From positions 72,788,001-72,852,000 of the forward strand of contig OX597831.1 in the NCBI GenBank assembly GCA_951406725.2: a stretch of DNA of 64,000 nt, in the 5' to 3' direction. The notes below the pieces were generated by a model. It worked only from the letters and a program-made list of their open reading frames with translations. It was not told where the DNA came from and ran no database searches. This document shows positions 25,776-41,115 of the stretch, piece by piece (the stretch's first letter is position 1; each line of letters begins with the position of its first letter). Position numbers and translations under genes: made by a program. Origin of the DNA: Octopus vulgaris. Lineage: Eukaryota.

Positions 25776-26080
25776 AGGGAAACAAAGAATAAGGGAGAAA
25801 AGGTGGGGATAGGAATTAAGCAGTAGAAGATGGGGGTGGAGAGAGTATTGGGTTATACACTCCATCTGAGAAATTTGGGGGGCAGGGACTAGTTAATTAC
25901 AATGACCCCAGTCTTTCGCTGGTACTTATTTTATCGACCCAAAACGGATAAAAAGGCAAAATCAACCTCAGTAGAATTTGAACTCAGAACGTAAAGATGG
26001 ACTAAATGCAGTGAAGCATTTCAACCAGTGTACTAACAACCCTGCCAGCTTGCTGCCTTAATAATGATGATGATGATAAC

Positions 26081-26126
<46 letters not shown>

Positions 26127-26879
26127 TTGTAAGAAATAAAAGGAGTCTAGCTGTAATGGGATATTCTAGATACACAGGCTTTCATTTGCAAAATGAATTG
26201 GTAAGAATAATAATACTAGTTATATGAGTTGACCTGGAAACTATTCAAGAATCTACCAAATTGTGTAAGAACATACTCTTTGCAATCTAAAGTTCTGCAG
26301 AAATATGTGTAACTTTTGCTCCAAAGTGCCCACCTCTCCTGAATAATAAGGAATCTTATAGACTGACTGATGTTCAGAGATACTTACAAAGCTTAGAAGC
26401 AAAACTGTTTCTTACAGACTAAATGCACTCATTACTTATTTTGTTCTTTGTGGTTCAGGTTTCAAATTCTACGAGGCATTGATGCTGTTGCCCCTGCCAT
26501 CCCTCGGGGAGTGATAAGATATGAGCCAATAATAATAATAATAATATAACAGGATCGAGTTACTTGACTAATCCTACTCTCTTCTTCCTCTGTAAAAACT
26601 AAACGCTGCACTCGAATATGAAATCAATAAAACCAGAAAACAGAGTAATCACTAGAACTGAAAATTTAATATAACAACATTTTATTTCTTCCAGTTACAA
26701 ATAATTAAATTACTTACATAATTACATATTTTGAAACAGAAGAGAAAGAGAGAAAGAGAGAGAGAGAGAGAATTAATTCTTTGAAATTGGAAATATCTTT
26801 CGGCACATAAAGTTCCTATTGACCTTCAGAACTACATGTAAATATAAAACAAATACACTATTTCAACTTATTATCAATA

Positions 26880-27045
26880 AGGCGCAGGAGTGGCTGTGTG
26901 GTAAGTAGCTTGCTAACCAACCACATGGTTCCGGGTTCAGTCCCACTGCGTGGCATCTTGGGCAAGTGTCTTCTGCTATAGCCCCGGGCCAACCAATGCC
27001 TTGTCAGTGGATTTGGTAGATGGAAACTGAAAGAAGCCTGTCGTA

Positions 27046-27087
<42 letters not shown>

Positions 27088-27296
27088 TGTGTATGTTTGT
27101 GTGTCTGTGTTTGTCACCCTAGCATTGCTTGACAACCGATGCTGGTGTGTTTACGTCCCCGTCACTTAGCGGTTCGGCAAAAGAGACCGATAGAATAAGT
27201 ATTGGGCTTACAAAGAATAAGTCCCGGGGTTGATTTGCTCGACTAAAGGTGGTGCTCCAGCATGGCCGCAGTCAAATGACTGAAACAAGTAAAAGA
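26880..27296 (+). mobile_element. SINE family A, full-length reference copy (tRNA-derived head, CORE-like segment, internal microsatellite)
   Basis: A box TGGCTGTGTGG, B box GGTTCAGTCCC, CORE-like GGCATCTTGGGCAAGTGTCTT, (TA)n(TG)n, tail GAAACAAGTAAAAGAG. Confidence 0.92.
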
Positions 27297-27841
27297 GAGA
27301 AAGAGAGAAACTGAAAAATATTCAGTGACTAGAAATATTTAGGTGTGGCCGTGTGGTAAGAAGTATGCTTCACAAATACATGGTTCTGAGTTCAGTCCCA
27401 CTGTATGGCATCTTAAACAAGTGTCTTTTACTATAGCCTTGTGAGTGAATTTGGAAGATGGAAACTGAAAGAAGCCCATTGTGTGTGTGTGTGTATTTGT
27501 CGCCCACCACCGCTTGACAACTGGTCTTGGTGTGTTTATCAAACCTGAAAGAATGAAGAGCACTTCTCAACCACATGGTTCTGGGTTCAATCCCACTGTA
27601 CAGAAACATGGCAGATGAGATGCAACTTTAATTCAAAGATCCAAACTTTTCACACTGTATCACACGGATATTGTTTGAGAATTATGTTTAGGGTACACAC
27701 GTGTGTGTATGGAATACTTGACCCTGAAAGAATGAAAGGCTAAGTCGGTCTCTGCAGAATTTCGTCCAAGAACATACAGATGAATGAGATGCCACTAAGC
27801 ATTTTGCTTAGCACGATAACAGTTCTGCCAGCCCTTTGCCT

Positions 27842-27887
<46 letters not shown>

Positions 27888-28114
27888 TAATAATCCTTCC
27901 TACTATAGGCACGAGGCCTGAAATTTGGTGGGGGGGAGGCAGTTGATTAGATCAACCCCAGTACGCAACTGGTACTTAATTTATCGACCCTGAAAGGCAT
28001 GAAAGGCAAAGTTCACCTCAGTGGAATTTGAACTCAGAACATGAAGACACAAAATACTGCTAAACATTTTGCTTGGCATACTAATGATTCTGCCAGCTCG
28101 CTGCCTGAATAATG

Positions 28115-28154
<40 letters not shown>

Positions 28155-28580
28155 TGATGATAATAATAATAATAATAAAAACAACATCATCATCATCAGT
28201 TTCAGTGATAGGGATTCAGTTGTTCAATCAACTGAACATACCTGGCTGAGTATTCCAAACATACACACATGTATACACTAAACATAATTCTGAAATAATA
28301 TCAGTGTGACAAGTCTAGATCTTTGAATTACAGTTGCATCTATCTGCCATGGATGCAGTTTCTGTTTCCCAATTTCACCCACAGAACTTGGCTTGACCCA
28401 ATATTATAGTAAAAAAAAACCATTTGTCTGAGATGACATATGATTAGGATTGAACTCAGAACCTCGCAATTGTGAAACAAACTTCTTAACCAATCAGATG
28501 TACTGCTCCATCATAACCAATGCAGAGGAGACAGCAAAAAAGAAAAAAACAAACTCCCAGATTCATAATTCTTAAACATA

Positions 28581-28743
28581 GGCGCAGGAGTGGCTGTGTG
28601 GTAAGTAGCTTGCTAACCAACCACATGGTTCCGGGTTCAGTCCCACTGCGTGGCATCTTGGGCAAGTGTCTTCTGCTATAACCCCGGGCCGACCAATGCC
28701 TTTTGAGTGGATTTGGTAGACGGAAACTGAAAGAAGCCTGTCG

Positions 28744-28784
<41 letters not shown>

Positions 28785-28985
28785 GTCTGTGTTTGTCCCC
28801 CTAGCATCGCTTGACAACCGATGCTGGTGTGTTTACGTCCCCGTCACTTAGCGGTTCGGCAAAAGAGACCAATAGAATAAGTACTGGGCTTACAAAGAAT
28901 AAGTCTCGGGGTCGATTTGCTCGACTAAAGGCGGTGCTCCAGCATGGCCGCAGTCAAATGACCGAAACAAGTAAAAGAGTAAAGA
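28581..28985 (+). mobile_element. SINE family A, full length, with an apparent long TSD
   Basis: AGATTCATAATTCTTAAACAT occurs immediately before (28559-28579) and at the 3' end (~28985-29005). Confidence 0.92.
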
Positions 28986-29845
28986 GATTCATAATTCTTA
29001 AACATCCCAACAGCAAATCTATGATGCATGCTGGTTCAAACCCTGATGGCAACTGGAAAGAAATGGTAAAACATTTGCTTCATAAAGACACCATTAGCAT
29101 CTCCCTAACTTAACCGGTACCTTACCAATAGCTGTATAAAACATGGGAGGTTTTTCTGCCACAATGTATTATGTCAGAAACGAAACCTACTTTAATAATT
29201 CTTGCAAATGTGCAATTTTTTTAGAACTGCTAGTTTGATGTTAAAAATACAAATAAAGGAAATATTTGTTAACAAATATATATTTCAGGATTTCATAAAC
29301 ATATTTGCAGCAGTCAACAAAGGATAAACCAAGGAAGAAATGCTGTGTAAACCAGTTTGTTCCATGACAATTTTCCCAGCATGCTCAGCAATAATTTCTA
29401 TCCTGAGGTGGAGTAGATCATATCATTTTTTGCTTATAAATTTATTGAAGTTTTCATTAAAGAGAGAAAAAAGTAGTCTTATTTTTAATTCAAGTCTCTT
29501 TTCTGTTGATATTTTCCAAAATATTGATAAAAAAATAATTGAAAAACTTTATTCAAAGTTAATATTATATTCTATTTTGAAAATATCAAAGTTGTATCTC
29601 TAAGAAAGAAAGTGATGTTTTCTTAAACGATCAATATAAATTTGATAAAGAAAAATAATAATAATCTTTTCTACTATAGGCACAAAGCCTGAAATTTTGG
29701 GGGTAGGGGCATAATTAATTATATCAACCTCAGTGTTTCACTGGTACTTAATTAATCAACCCTCAAAGGATGAAAAGTAAAGTCAACCTCAACAGAATTT
29801 GAACTCAGAATTTTGCTTCCCATCTTAATGATAATAATAATAATT

Positions 29846-29890
<45 letters not shown>

Positions 29891-30392
29891 CCCACATAAA
29901 ACAACAGCAATAAGTGCTACTCCTCCTACCCCTCTTTGACACGGTTGCATGTTTCTGTGATGACAGTGCCGGCAAAGAGAAGACCCTCTCACCCCATCAA
30001 CTGAACTGGGTCTGCCTTTGACAAACATTAGCACTGACAGTGATTATAGCTTCTCTCAGACACATGTTCAATTATTCTACAGCTTACCACTGAAGCAGAC
30101 AGCTAAATGTTATCCTGTTGTTGTTGTTGTTCCAATAAGGATGCTACCAGGCAGCTTCAAAACCCTTTTTAATCACACACCCTGTCATTTTATTTGCAAA
30201 TAAAACAAGGTTTTTTACACAGTTGCAATTCTTTCTGTTTTTTTTTTTTGTTTTTTTTAAGTTTTAAATTATTATATTCACAGAAATGGAGAGGGAAAAA
30301 AACCGAAAACCAAATAAACCTCAAAGCCTTCCTGTTATACTTTTCATTCAAATGATCGTCTTCTGCTTCTCTCTGCTGTTTAGCTTATTTAA

Positions 30393-30973
30393 CCCTTCAA
30401 CATTCTTATTATTCTGCCAAATGTAATGATTACTTATTCACATTGTTTTCAATTAGTCATTAACATTTATTCACATTGTTTTCAATTAGTCATTAACATT
30501 TATTCACATTGTTTTCAATTAGTCATTAACATTTATTCACATTGTTTTCAATTAGTCATTAACATTTATTCACATTGTTTTCAATTAGTCTTAACATTTA
30601 TTCACATTGTTTTCAATTAGTCATTAACATTTATTCACATTGTTTTCAATTAGTCATTAACATTTATTCACATTGTTTTCAATTAGTCATTAACATTTAT
30701 TCACATTGTTTTCAATTAGTCATTAACATTTATTCACATTGTTTTCAATTAGTCATTAACATTTATTCACATTGTTTTCAATTAGTCATTAACATTTATT
30801 CACATTGTTTTCAATTAGTCATGCATTAACTCATAGCTCTGAGATGTTGATGATGTGATTGTTTATTTTTCAAATGACATTGGAAGGCAGGTGTGAGAGG
30901 CTAGATCTGGCCAGTTTGAACATAAACAGGTGGAATATTTGGGCTGCATGTGGATGATTTCAATGCTAAAGGA
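30393..30973. mobile_element. TTAA MITE family H containing an expanded 33-bp array
   Basis: Colinear with 62137-62356 outside the array. Confidence 0.8.
30434..30822. repeat. 33-bp minisatellite TTATTCACATTGTTTTCAATTAGTCATTAACAT x ~11.8
   Basis: Units are identical except a 1-nt deletion in unit 5. Confidence 0.97.
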
Positions 30974-31927
30974 TGAAAAACCAAATAAAGGACCAGTTGA
31001 AGGCTGGGGTCGATGATATCAACAAACCTCCTCCCACTGAAATTATTGGTCAAAGCCACAATTTTAAACCATCATCATCATCATCGACATTATTATTATT
31101 TATGGTGCCTTTCATCCTCTTGGGTTTGATAAATTAAGTACCAGTTGCATACTGGGGACATTCTAATTGACTAACCCCTCCCCCATATTTCAGGCCTTGT
31201 GCTTATAGTAGAAAGGATTATTATTATTATTTATGGCCAGGAGAGAGTAACTAGTGCAAACAGTTAAGGCTTTGTGACACGCAGTTTGCTCCAAATAAAG
31301 CCTGGAATTGGTAATACAAAGAAACCAGTGGGGTCGGTTTCCTTAAGGGAAACCAGTGCTGTTGATTTAACTATTTAAAGCTCCACCTCAAAGAAAATTT
31401 GGTCTAGTAAAAAAAATCATCATCATCATTATTATTATTATTTTGACAGGTGTTGTGATGTGAAATATTCCTGGCAATCTAAGTCAGGAGCCAGTCTTTA
31501 ATTTGAAGATAATCAAGCAACTAATTCTTTATTGCCAGGTGAAGTGGGACCATGAAAAACTTGGAAGCCCAAATCTAAACTAATTACTGTTAAAGTAGTA
31601 ATAATAATAATAATTATTATTATTATTATAAAGATGATGATGATGACCAGTAAATAAGTGTCACATTAGTCTGCTGGCTGTGGACAGCTGACACTTTCCA
31701 TCATACCTAGCAAAATAAGCTGAGTTTTCATATAATAATAATAATAATAGGTTACAGCAAATATTCTGCTTAATACTGCAGATTTGTTGGTCAGTTACTT
31801 GACCTTAACCTGTTGAGCAAGTCCCTTAGTGGCTGACAATACATGCTCCTCTGATCACAAGCAGGAATAGTGAAGCAACATCATAACCATTTGTTGAGGG
31901 GAATTCTTTGGGGTTTACCCTTTTAAT

Positions 31928-32329
31928 CTTTTACTTGTTTCAGTCATTTGACTGCGGCCATGCTGGAGCACCGCCTTTAATCGAGCAACTCGACCCCGGG
32001 AATTATTCTTTTGTAAGCCCAGTACTTATTCTATCGGTCTCTTTTGCCGAACCGCTAAGTAACGGGGACATAAACACACCAGCATCGGTTGTCAAGCAAT
32101 GCTAGGGGGACAAACACAGACACACAAACACACACACGCATATATATATATATATATACACACATACATATATACGACGGACTTCTTTCAGTTTCCGTCT
32201 ACCAAATCCACTCACAAGGCTTTGGTCGGCCCAAGGCTATAGTAGAAGACACTTGCCCAAGGTGCCACGCAGTGGGACTGAACCCGGAACAGTGTGGTTG
32301 GTAAACAAGCTACTTACCACACAGCCACT
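31928..32329 (-). mobile_element. SINE family A inserted into repeat J
   Basis: Consensus match; J sequence on the left flank. Confidence 0.88.
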
Positions 32330-33183
32330 ACCCTCTGAAAACATGGGTGTTTTGTTTATCATCACTGATCAACTCTTATTCTGGGACCTTTTGGGTGCAA
32401 TGAGCATATTTGCACCAGTACACACACACACACGGAACTGGCTTCATCCCTTGTCATCTCCGTTGTGTCCACCCTCTCCACCCCTAAATTGAAGCATTAT
32501 ACCCTGTCCTTCCTCCCACTGGAATCCCCTTGCAACAGTTTATATAAAGCATTAACAGTATCCAGCCCACCAGATCTCAGAGGGCCTACAAAAATCATGG
32601 GGCAAAAAAAAAGTGACTTCTTGCACAATTTCTGTCTACCCAATTTCACTGAGATGGCATTGATTAACCAGAAATTATGACAAAAGACACTTCATCAAGG
32701 AGCAACATTTCACTTAAACCACAAATTCAATTGAAATTATTAGAAAAATATCATTATAAAATTGTATATAATTATATAATAATTACAATTTCTAACATAG
32801 GCACATTTGATGGAAAGAAGAACGAAGTAAAGATCATTGATTAAGTTTACCCTAATATATGACTGGTACTACCTACCTCTACTATTACTGCTCAACACAT
32901 GGAAGGTTTTGTTGGTCACTGTTATTGTTCTGACCAACAAATCATATATCAGAGATTTCTACACCCATTTTAGAGACTCCTGTACTATATTAGGGGACAA
33001 AGGCCAGTCAAGCACATTCGTGGTATTGACAGAGACACACAACATGAAATATGAGGACCTGCCAAAACTAATAATTACCTTGCTTGGAAACAAGTGAAGG
33101 CTGGTGACAGGAAGAGCATCCAGTCACGGAGAATTTTGCTCAATGAATCCATTCTGATCCAAGCAAGCAGGAAAAAGTAGACG

Positions 33184-33492
33184 TTAAGAAGAAGAAGATG
33201 AAGATGATGAAGATGATGATGAAGATGATGATGAAGAGATGATGAAGATGATGATGAAGATGATGAAGAAGATGATGATGATGATGAAGAAGATGATGAT
33301 GATGATGAAGAAGATGATGATGATGATGATGATGATGAAGAAGAAGATGATGATGAAGAAGATGATGAAGATGATGAAGAAGATGGAGATGATGATGATG
33401 AAGATGATGAAGATGATGAAGAAGATGATGATAATGATGATGATGATGTCGATGATGGAGGTGATGACGATGATGATGATGATGATGATGTA
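33184..33492. repeat. Compound (GAT)/(GAA) microsatellite
   Basis: Direct reading. Confidence 0.95.
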
Positions 33493-34354
33493 AAACCTGA
33501 TTACAAACCTAATTGTTTTCAAGCTGTGAAGTGAAATGGCAGTAAATGAGAATGGAAACCAGGTTAGAAACTCATTCGAAATTTATTTCATGAAAACATA
33601 ATTAACACTAATTAAATACTAACTGAAATTTTTATTCAATGGAAAGAATTAGATAAAATTCCTGCTGACATTGGCATTTTCTAAAACTATATAAACCAAG
33701 TTAGAAAGAAGGAGTGGGAGAAGAAAATGAGAAACATAATTCTTTTTTAATTACAAATTAGTATCAAATTGATGTTTGTTTAGTTTTTTGATTTTTATTT
33801 TTCGAAGAATGAAAATTATCAAAATTCTCCTCAGGTTTATTTTAATTATATTTTATTTAGAATTCGTAACCTGCATGAAACAAGAATAAAAATATCTAGA
33901 TGTAAAACAGATGTAAAATACATGTAATCATAAACAGATGTAAAACAGACATAATTATAGAATTATTTATTGTTTTCTAAAGAGGAAAAAAATACAGAAC
34001 GGTATACTTCTACAAGAAACACTGTTTGGTAGTTCCAAAGAAATCGGTAGAAATATAAGCAAATATATTTAACGACAACATTTACTACAACCCTTCAATA
34101 ATAATCAGAAGGAAGCCCCTCCACATAAAAGGCACCCATGCTGGTGCCATGTAAAACGCTCTTGTGGTAGTGACACATAAAAAGCACCCAGTGCATTCTG
34201 TTACAGTAGAGGACACTTGACCAAGGTGCCATGCAGTGGGACTGAACCCAGAACCATAAGGTTGCAAAGCAAGCATTTTAACTACACAGCCAAGCCTGCA
34301 CTTATATATGCCAAAGTTCTTCTAGATTCTTCCACCAGGAGTGGCTTATAGGCA

Positions 34355-34523
34355 AAGGAGTGTCTGCGTGGTAAGAAGCTTGCTTCCCAATCACATGGTT
34401 CCGGGTTCAGTCCCACTGTGTGGCACCTTGGGCAAGTGTCTTCTACTGTAGCCTCGGGCCAACCAAAGCCTTGTGAGTGGATTTGATAGACGGAAACTGA
34501 AAGAAGCCTGTCTCATGTATGTA

Positions 34524-34556
<33 letters not shown>

Positions 34557-34760
34557 ATGTTTAAGTGTGTGTGTTTGTCCCCCTACCATTGCTTGACAAC
34601 TGATGGTGTGGTTACATCCTTCAACACTTAGCAGTTCGGCAAAAGTGACTGATAAAATAAGTAATAGGCTTACAAACAATAAGTCTTGGGGTTGATTTCT
34701 TCAACTAAAGGTGGTGCTCCAGCATGGCCGCAGTCAAATGACTGAAACAAATAAAAGAAT
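34355..34760 (+). mobile_element. SINE family A, older copy
   Basis: Consensus match with CpG decay; similar copies at 36221-36600, 37708-38095, 54628-54995. Confidence 0.85.
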
Positions 34761-35643
34761 ATCTCATTCGAGCACACATGGTGTATACACATGATACAGG
34801 ATACATATAAAGATATCATATATATATATATATATATATATCATCGTTTAACGTCCATTTTCCATGCTGGCATTTGTTGGACAGTTTGACTGAGGTCTGA
34901 AAAGACAGGGGGCCACACCAGGCTCCAGTCTGATCTGGCAAAGTTTCTACAGCTGGATGCCCTTCCTAATGCCAACCACTCCGAGAGTGTAGTGGGTGAT
35001 TTTTACGTGCCACCAGCACGGGAACAAGTCAGGTTGTACTGGCATCGGCCATGTTCAGATGGTGCTTTTTACGTGCCGGGGGGAAGGGGGTTGGTGGCAT
35101 CGACCCCGTTTTATATATATATATATATAGACATATATTTATTATATAATAAACCACACACACACAGAGTAAAACAAAAGTTATTAAAACGTTAGTCAGC
35201 TCTGGGCTATAACATAAGACACTTGCCCAAGGTGGGACTGAACCCAGAACCATGTGGTTGGGAAACAAACTTCTTGCCACACACACACACAAGAGTACAT
35301 GATATATATATATATATACAGTTAAACACATGGTTTAGATACAAACATGAGTTTGTATTCAGACAAATGTTTACAATTTAGACCGTTACCATGGCAACAT
35401 GGTCATTGTTCTTTAGCCTCAGGACAATCCTGATAAGCAAACTTTAATCTGCCAGAAGAGAAAAACAAAAGAATAAACAAAAATTGGTTTCTCACTTAGG
35501 TTTTGAGGGGAGGGGCCGAGGCCATCAAAAAGCAAACTGAAAGTTTAAAAAAACTACGAAAAGAACAAAAAATTTTAAAAAATAAACATAAAGCTAAATT
35601 TAGAATTTAATAATAAATAACAAAATATGTCTTATTAATTTAA

Positions 35644-35863
35644 CTCTTTCATTACCAACCCGGCCAAAACTGCCTCTGGCTCTGAGTACAAATGTCTTGT
35701 TTTCTTAAGTTTTGAATTAAAATCTTCCACCAAACCTTAGTCACAATTTATGTTCCTAACACTGGCTTAATGGTAGAAAAGTTATTTTACTAAATTCTTT
35801 GTTATATTTACAATAATTGAAAGAAACACAGAGCATCTCAAAATAAATATGGTAATGAAAGGG
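35644..35863. mobile_element. TTAA MITE family G
   Basis: TTAA-CTCTTTCATTACC...GGTAATGAAAGGG-TTAA. Confidence 0.85.
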
Positions 35864-36802
35864 TTAAAGAAAATGGCCCAAAAGTAAAGCACTTGTGAGC
35901 AAAGACATTGAGCCTATTTATGGGGTGGAACATGTAAGGACCCATAATTTGCATCTTTATCTAAGACAGCAGGATGTGATTTCAGGGAGACTGAACTAAC
36001 AAAGAGACATTCATGAAGTTGCTTAATCTGCTAGAAACAGCAGTTAAAACACAGCAGTTTGAATTAATTTATTCAATACAAAGAGTCTTGGATGAGGAGG
36101 TACAATTAGAATTGCTGAAAGGAAAATGAAAAACTATCAAAATTGTCCGTTAAGAAAGTAAATGAACAAATAAATAAAGTTTCAATTAAAGCAAAAAATA
36201 AAACAAAAAATTTTTTTTAACAGGTACAGGTGTGGCTATGTGGTAAGTCTCTTGCTTCCCAACCATAAGGTTCCAGGTTCAGTCCCGCTGCATGGCACCT
36301 TGGGCAAATGTGTTCTACTAAGGCCTTGGGCCAACCAAAGCCCTGTGAGTGGATTTGGTAGACAGAAACTGAAAGAAGCCTGTCGTATGTGTGTGTGTTT
36401 GTTTTCCACAATCACCTGACAACCGGTGTTGGTGTGTTTACATCACCATAACTTAACACTTCAGCAAAAGAGACCGATAGAATAAGCACCAGTCTTTAAA
36501 AAATAAAGTCCTGAGCTCAATTCATTCGATTATAATTAACCCTTCAAGGCAGAGTGCTCCAGCATGGTCACAGTCTAATGACTGAAAACAAGCAAAAGAA
36601 TTCAAGAGAAGTTTTCGGCTGAAACTAAAGAGACAGACATTGTACAAACCGTTTCTCCCCCCCCCCCACCCCCCATCCTTATCTTACCTCTACCTGTGAG
36701 ATGTGGGGGAGGGGGACCAGAAAGATAAAAATGTATTTTAGTTGATTATTCCGTTTACACATTCTATTTTCAGAAATGTTGCAATAAGTGAATGAGAGAG
36801 AG

Positions 36803-36838
<36 letters not shown>

Positions 36839-37855
36839 AAAGATTTGGCTAACTGTTTAAGCTCTCTCAGAAGATATTCCAACGTTTAAGATTCCAGGTA
36901 AATCTTTCTGCATCCAAATTCCAAAGTTGAGTAACAAAATATTATTTGCTCTCCAGTTTTCTTGTGGCATTACCATATTTATATTCTATTTTTCGTTTCA
37001 GTCATTAGACTGTGGCCATGCTGGGGCACACCACCTTGGAGAATGTTTAGTCAAACAAATTGGCCCCAGGACTTATTTTTGCAATCCTGGTACATATTCT
37101 ATCGGTCTCTTTTGCTGGACTGCTAAGTTCTAAGATGGTGTAAAAGACACATATGCATATTAGACATACCCCAATCCTCTGCAACACATATTCATGAAAA
37201 ATCGTTTTTGAGGCATTGAAGTTTGTTATATTGGCCCATCTTCACATGTAGGACCAGGGGGGAGTGATTTGGGAGGGACATCGAGGGGGGGGGCTCCTTT
37301 ATACCACTAAACTCTATATATATTTGAATAATGGACAGAGTGTACATCCAAGTCTAGAATAAAATGAGTGAAGTTGTAATTTATGATTTTATAATACAAA
37401 AAAAAAATAGAAAAACTTAAATTCAAGGGAAATTTAGCAGGATGGTCATTCGCCCTCTGACCTTCATTGATGCTGCATCAAAGAAAGCAAAGAACAAAAA
37501 AAAGAAAAAAGGGGAAAAAAAAACACCCAACACCAGAGCTGAAGACACCTCTGAAAGGTGTGGGGGGGGGGGCTCCATCTCAAAGATGGTAGAGGAGTAG
37601 GGGCCGAAACTGGATGCAGTTCCTCCTGATGATATCCTTAGCCATTGGATCTTATAAAGGAGCTGTTGAGGTAGTGAACCACGAAACGCGGATGAAATTC
37701 CTCCTTTTTGTGGTAAGAAGCTTGTTTTCCCAACCACATGGACCTGGGTTCAGTCCCACTCCGTGGCACCTTGGACAAGTGTCTTCTACTACAGCTTCGG
37801 ATAGACCAAAGGCTTGTGAATGAATTTGGTAGACGAAAACTGAAAGAAACCCATC

Positions 37856-37889
<34 letters not shown>

Positions 37890-38754
37890 ACGCATGCGCG
37901 TGCGTGTGTGTGTCTGTATTTGTCTCCCACAATCGCTCAACAACTGATGTTGGTGTGTTTACGTCCCTGCAACCTAGCGGTTTGGCTAAAACAGACCGAT
38001 AGAGCTGCCAAAGAATAAGTCCTGGGGTCAAATTGTTCGACTAAAGGCAGTGCTCCAGCATGGCCACAGCCACATGACTGAAACAAGTAAAATAATAAAA
38101 GAATATGTAAGCGTCCGTGAAGATCCTGATCACCTAAACTCAACCAACATAAAATATTGGCATCATATTTGGGCAAAAGGGGCCAACAATTTGAGGGGAG
38201 GGGTTAAGTCTTCCCTATTTTATCAACCCTAAAAGACGAAGGCAAAGTCAACTCCAGCAGCCTTTGAACACAGAAGGTACCATCGGAAGAAATGCTGCCA
38301 AGCATCGTTCCCAGCACAGTAGCAACTCAGCCAGCTCATCACCTTCAACCAGCAGAAAACTTTATTAAGCTCTGCCTTTGTATTGAGTATTCATTTTTCT
38401 GACAGTTAGGGGACTTTCCCCTTTTATAGAGGAGGCACCAGCACTTTCTGTCGCGCCCGTGTGTATATATATATATATACACAGGATGGAACTTCTACCT
38501 ACCAAATCTACTTGCAAGACTTTGGTTGGCCTGAAGCTGTTGTAGAAGACACATTGCGAAAGGTGTCACACAGTGGGACTGAACCAGGAACCATGCTGTT
38601 GGGAAGCGAGCTTCTTACCCCTATTTATTTATTATTGAAATTGAAACTCGAGTTACATGATATACTGTTTCAGTTTCAATAATGAAAAAAAAAACACAAC
38701 TTCCTCCACATGTATTGAGTACTTCTTTCTCGTTCGTCTGGCATAAACCAATGT

Positions 38755-38791
<37 letters not shown>

Positions 38792-39502
38792 GTTTATGAT
38801 TTTAAAGGCAACACTAAAATTTATAGCAATTCAACAATGTTTTCAATGATATTTATCATCATTTTTCCTTGATCGCATCAATTCTAAATAAAACTTCCGT
38901 CTTTAGTTAGTAGCATCACTACAATGGCAGGATTAGAAGCGTGATGTACATTTAGATCTTGTACAATATTTTGTTATGTACGACTCTTTGTGTTCAGAGT
39001 TCGAATCCAGCCAGGTGGGACTTTCCCTTTCATTCATCCACCAGGGACGGGAGACAATAAAACAAAGGATCAGGGAAATATTGGGGTAAATTTAATTGAA
39101 TATAAATCTCCCTTATGTATTGCTTCGTCATTACTTGTAAGCGTGTAGGACTGAATAGCTTGTGCCAGGGACTTGGTAATTGTTTAAGAAGACAAAGGCG
39201 CCCTTTTCGGCATTCACATCAATGAACCCAGCGGATCATTGAAGATGTGATAGGTGGAGGGAGAAAAACGGTCTGCTCCTGCACTAGGAGTCTACTCGTT
39301 TACAGCTGAATAGCCTGGAGCAACACACAATAAAATGCTTTGCTCAAGAGCACAATGCATAATACAAATAATTGTTTTATGGTATTCACTTTTGTCTGAG
39401 TTATGGAACCCAATCATTTCACAGGATACGTTTCACGTTCAGATATGACGAAAGGATGCGTTGAAAAAATAAAAAATTAAATTGAGAACCATTACATTAG
39501 AT

Positions 39503-39714
39503 CAGTGGTTTTCAACCAGGGTTCCGCGGAACCTCCACCATTACAGTCCAGGGGTTCCGCAAGAAGTTACAAAACTGCTAAAATCGGCAGTAATTTTTAA
39601 TTCTCCTGTGCAGATATGTGTGCATAAGACTATTAAATTATTGCACAGGGGTTCCTCGAGCCAGTGGAATGTTTCCTTGGGGTTCGGCTCCAGCAAAAAG
39701 TTTGAAAAGCACTG
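39503..39714. mobile_element. hAT-like MITE
   Basis: TIRs CAGTGGTTTTCAACC / GTTTGAAAAGCACTG; 8-bp TSD CATTAGAT / CGTTAGAT. Confidence 0.85.
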
Positions 39715-39849
39715 CGTTAGATCATAGATCTGCTCGCCCAGGGTTGACCTGGGGTTAAACAACAGCACCAACCCCAGCTTCTCACCTTCTGTTGTAATCA
39801 CTGTTTCAAGCACTTCCCGTTTCTTTATCTCTCAGCTCAAAGATAAAAT

Positions 39850-39985
39850 AAATACTTGACGAAGGCGAAGTACGGTGGTGGAGCAGAGAAAAGGGATAGC
39901 GAGGGAGCTAGCCCCCCCCCGCCCCGCCCCGGCATTATCGCCCTCTTCCTCCTATTAAGACACTAATCAAACAGCGACGACCTTA
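39850..39985. promoter_or_regulatory. CpG-rich segment with tandem GC boxes (CCCCGCCCCGCCCC), candidate promoter or enhancer
   Basis: Two overlapping Sp/KLF-type sites at ~39916-39930 and many CpGs in a CpG-poor background. Confidence 0.4.
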
Positions 39986-40774
39986 TAGAAAGTGTTTCAC
40001 GAGATTCTATTATCAAAAGCTCACAGAATCTTTGTTTCTTTCTAACCTTTTCAAGGAGAGAAACAATTTCCTGTCGTTAATCTACTCAGAAAGTCGAAAC
40101 TGGAGAATTTAATCCTCCCAGCGTAACCCTAACATTCCACATGTTGATGGATTGTCGGTGTTGAGGCCCCTAAATCAGTCCTAATCAAGTAGCTCGTAGA
40201 CATTAAGGGGAACAAGGAGCCTCTATGTGATTGCTTGACATGCTAGAAACAGCAGCCAAAACTTTCAGAAGTCAAAACTTGACAAAAAAAAAAAATGAAA
40301 GAAAAGAACGGTCATATTTAACGATATAATCTGAAGCGAACTGAATGGAAGCACGGGATGGTCACGGCTAGACTGTATTTGATCAGAGGTCGGCCCATTC
40401 AGAATTTACATCGAAACTGAAAGGGGATTTACGTCGCGGAAGATCATTTTGGAGCGTAATTCAAGTTGTGAAACGAACTCGCAATTTCAAACAAACATAA
40501 AAGAAACACAAACATGTGTGGAGCACTCCTCTCCCATTCAACCCGACATAAAACCCAACGTACATACACGTCTTTATGCATGCATGCACACACACACACA
40601 CAGAGTAAAGTGTGACCACCGCCTGTCTCTGTAACACTTTGATTTCTGTCATTCGTCTAAATGTCATTTGTCACTTTGGTGTAATTTTATTTCTGAAATG
40701 TTTTGTAGTCACTTTTCGGTTGGTCTGACACTGAACAGAAAATGGACAGCTCATGTTATGACATTTTGTAGTAC

Positions 40775-41115
<341 letters not shown>

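Noticed and set aside
30434-30822. CRISPR-like array or repeat protein (ORFs INIYSHCFQLV)n
   Set aside because: Head-to-tail identical units with no spacers and no cas genes; lies within a MITE; a frameshift in unit 5
37539-37562. CTGAAGA-CACCTCT-GAAA (and CCGATGA-TAAGT-GAAA at ~16831-16846 minus)
   Set aside because: No stem II and no stem I; consistent with chance
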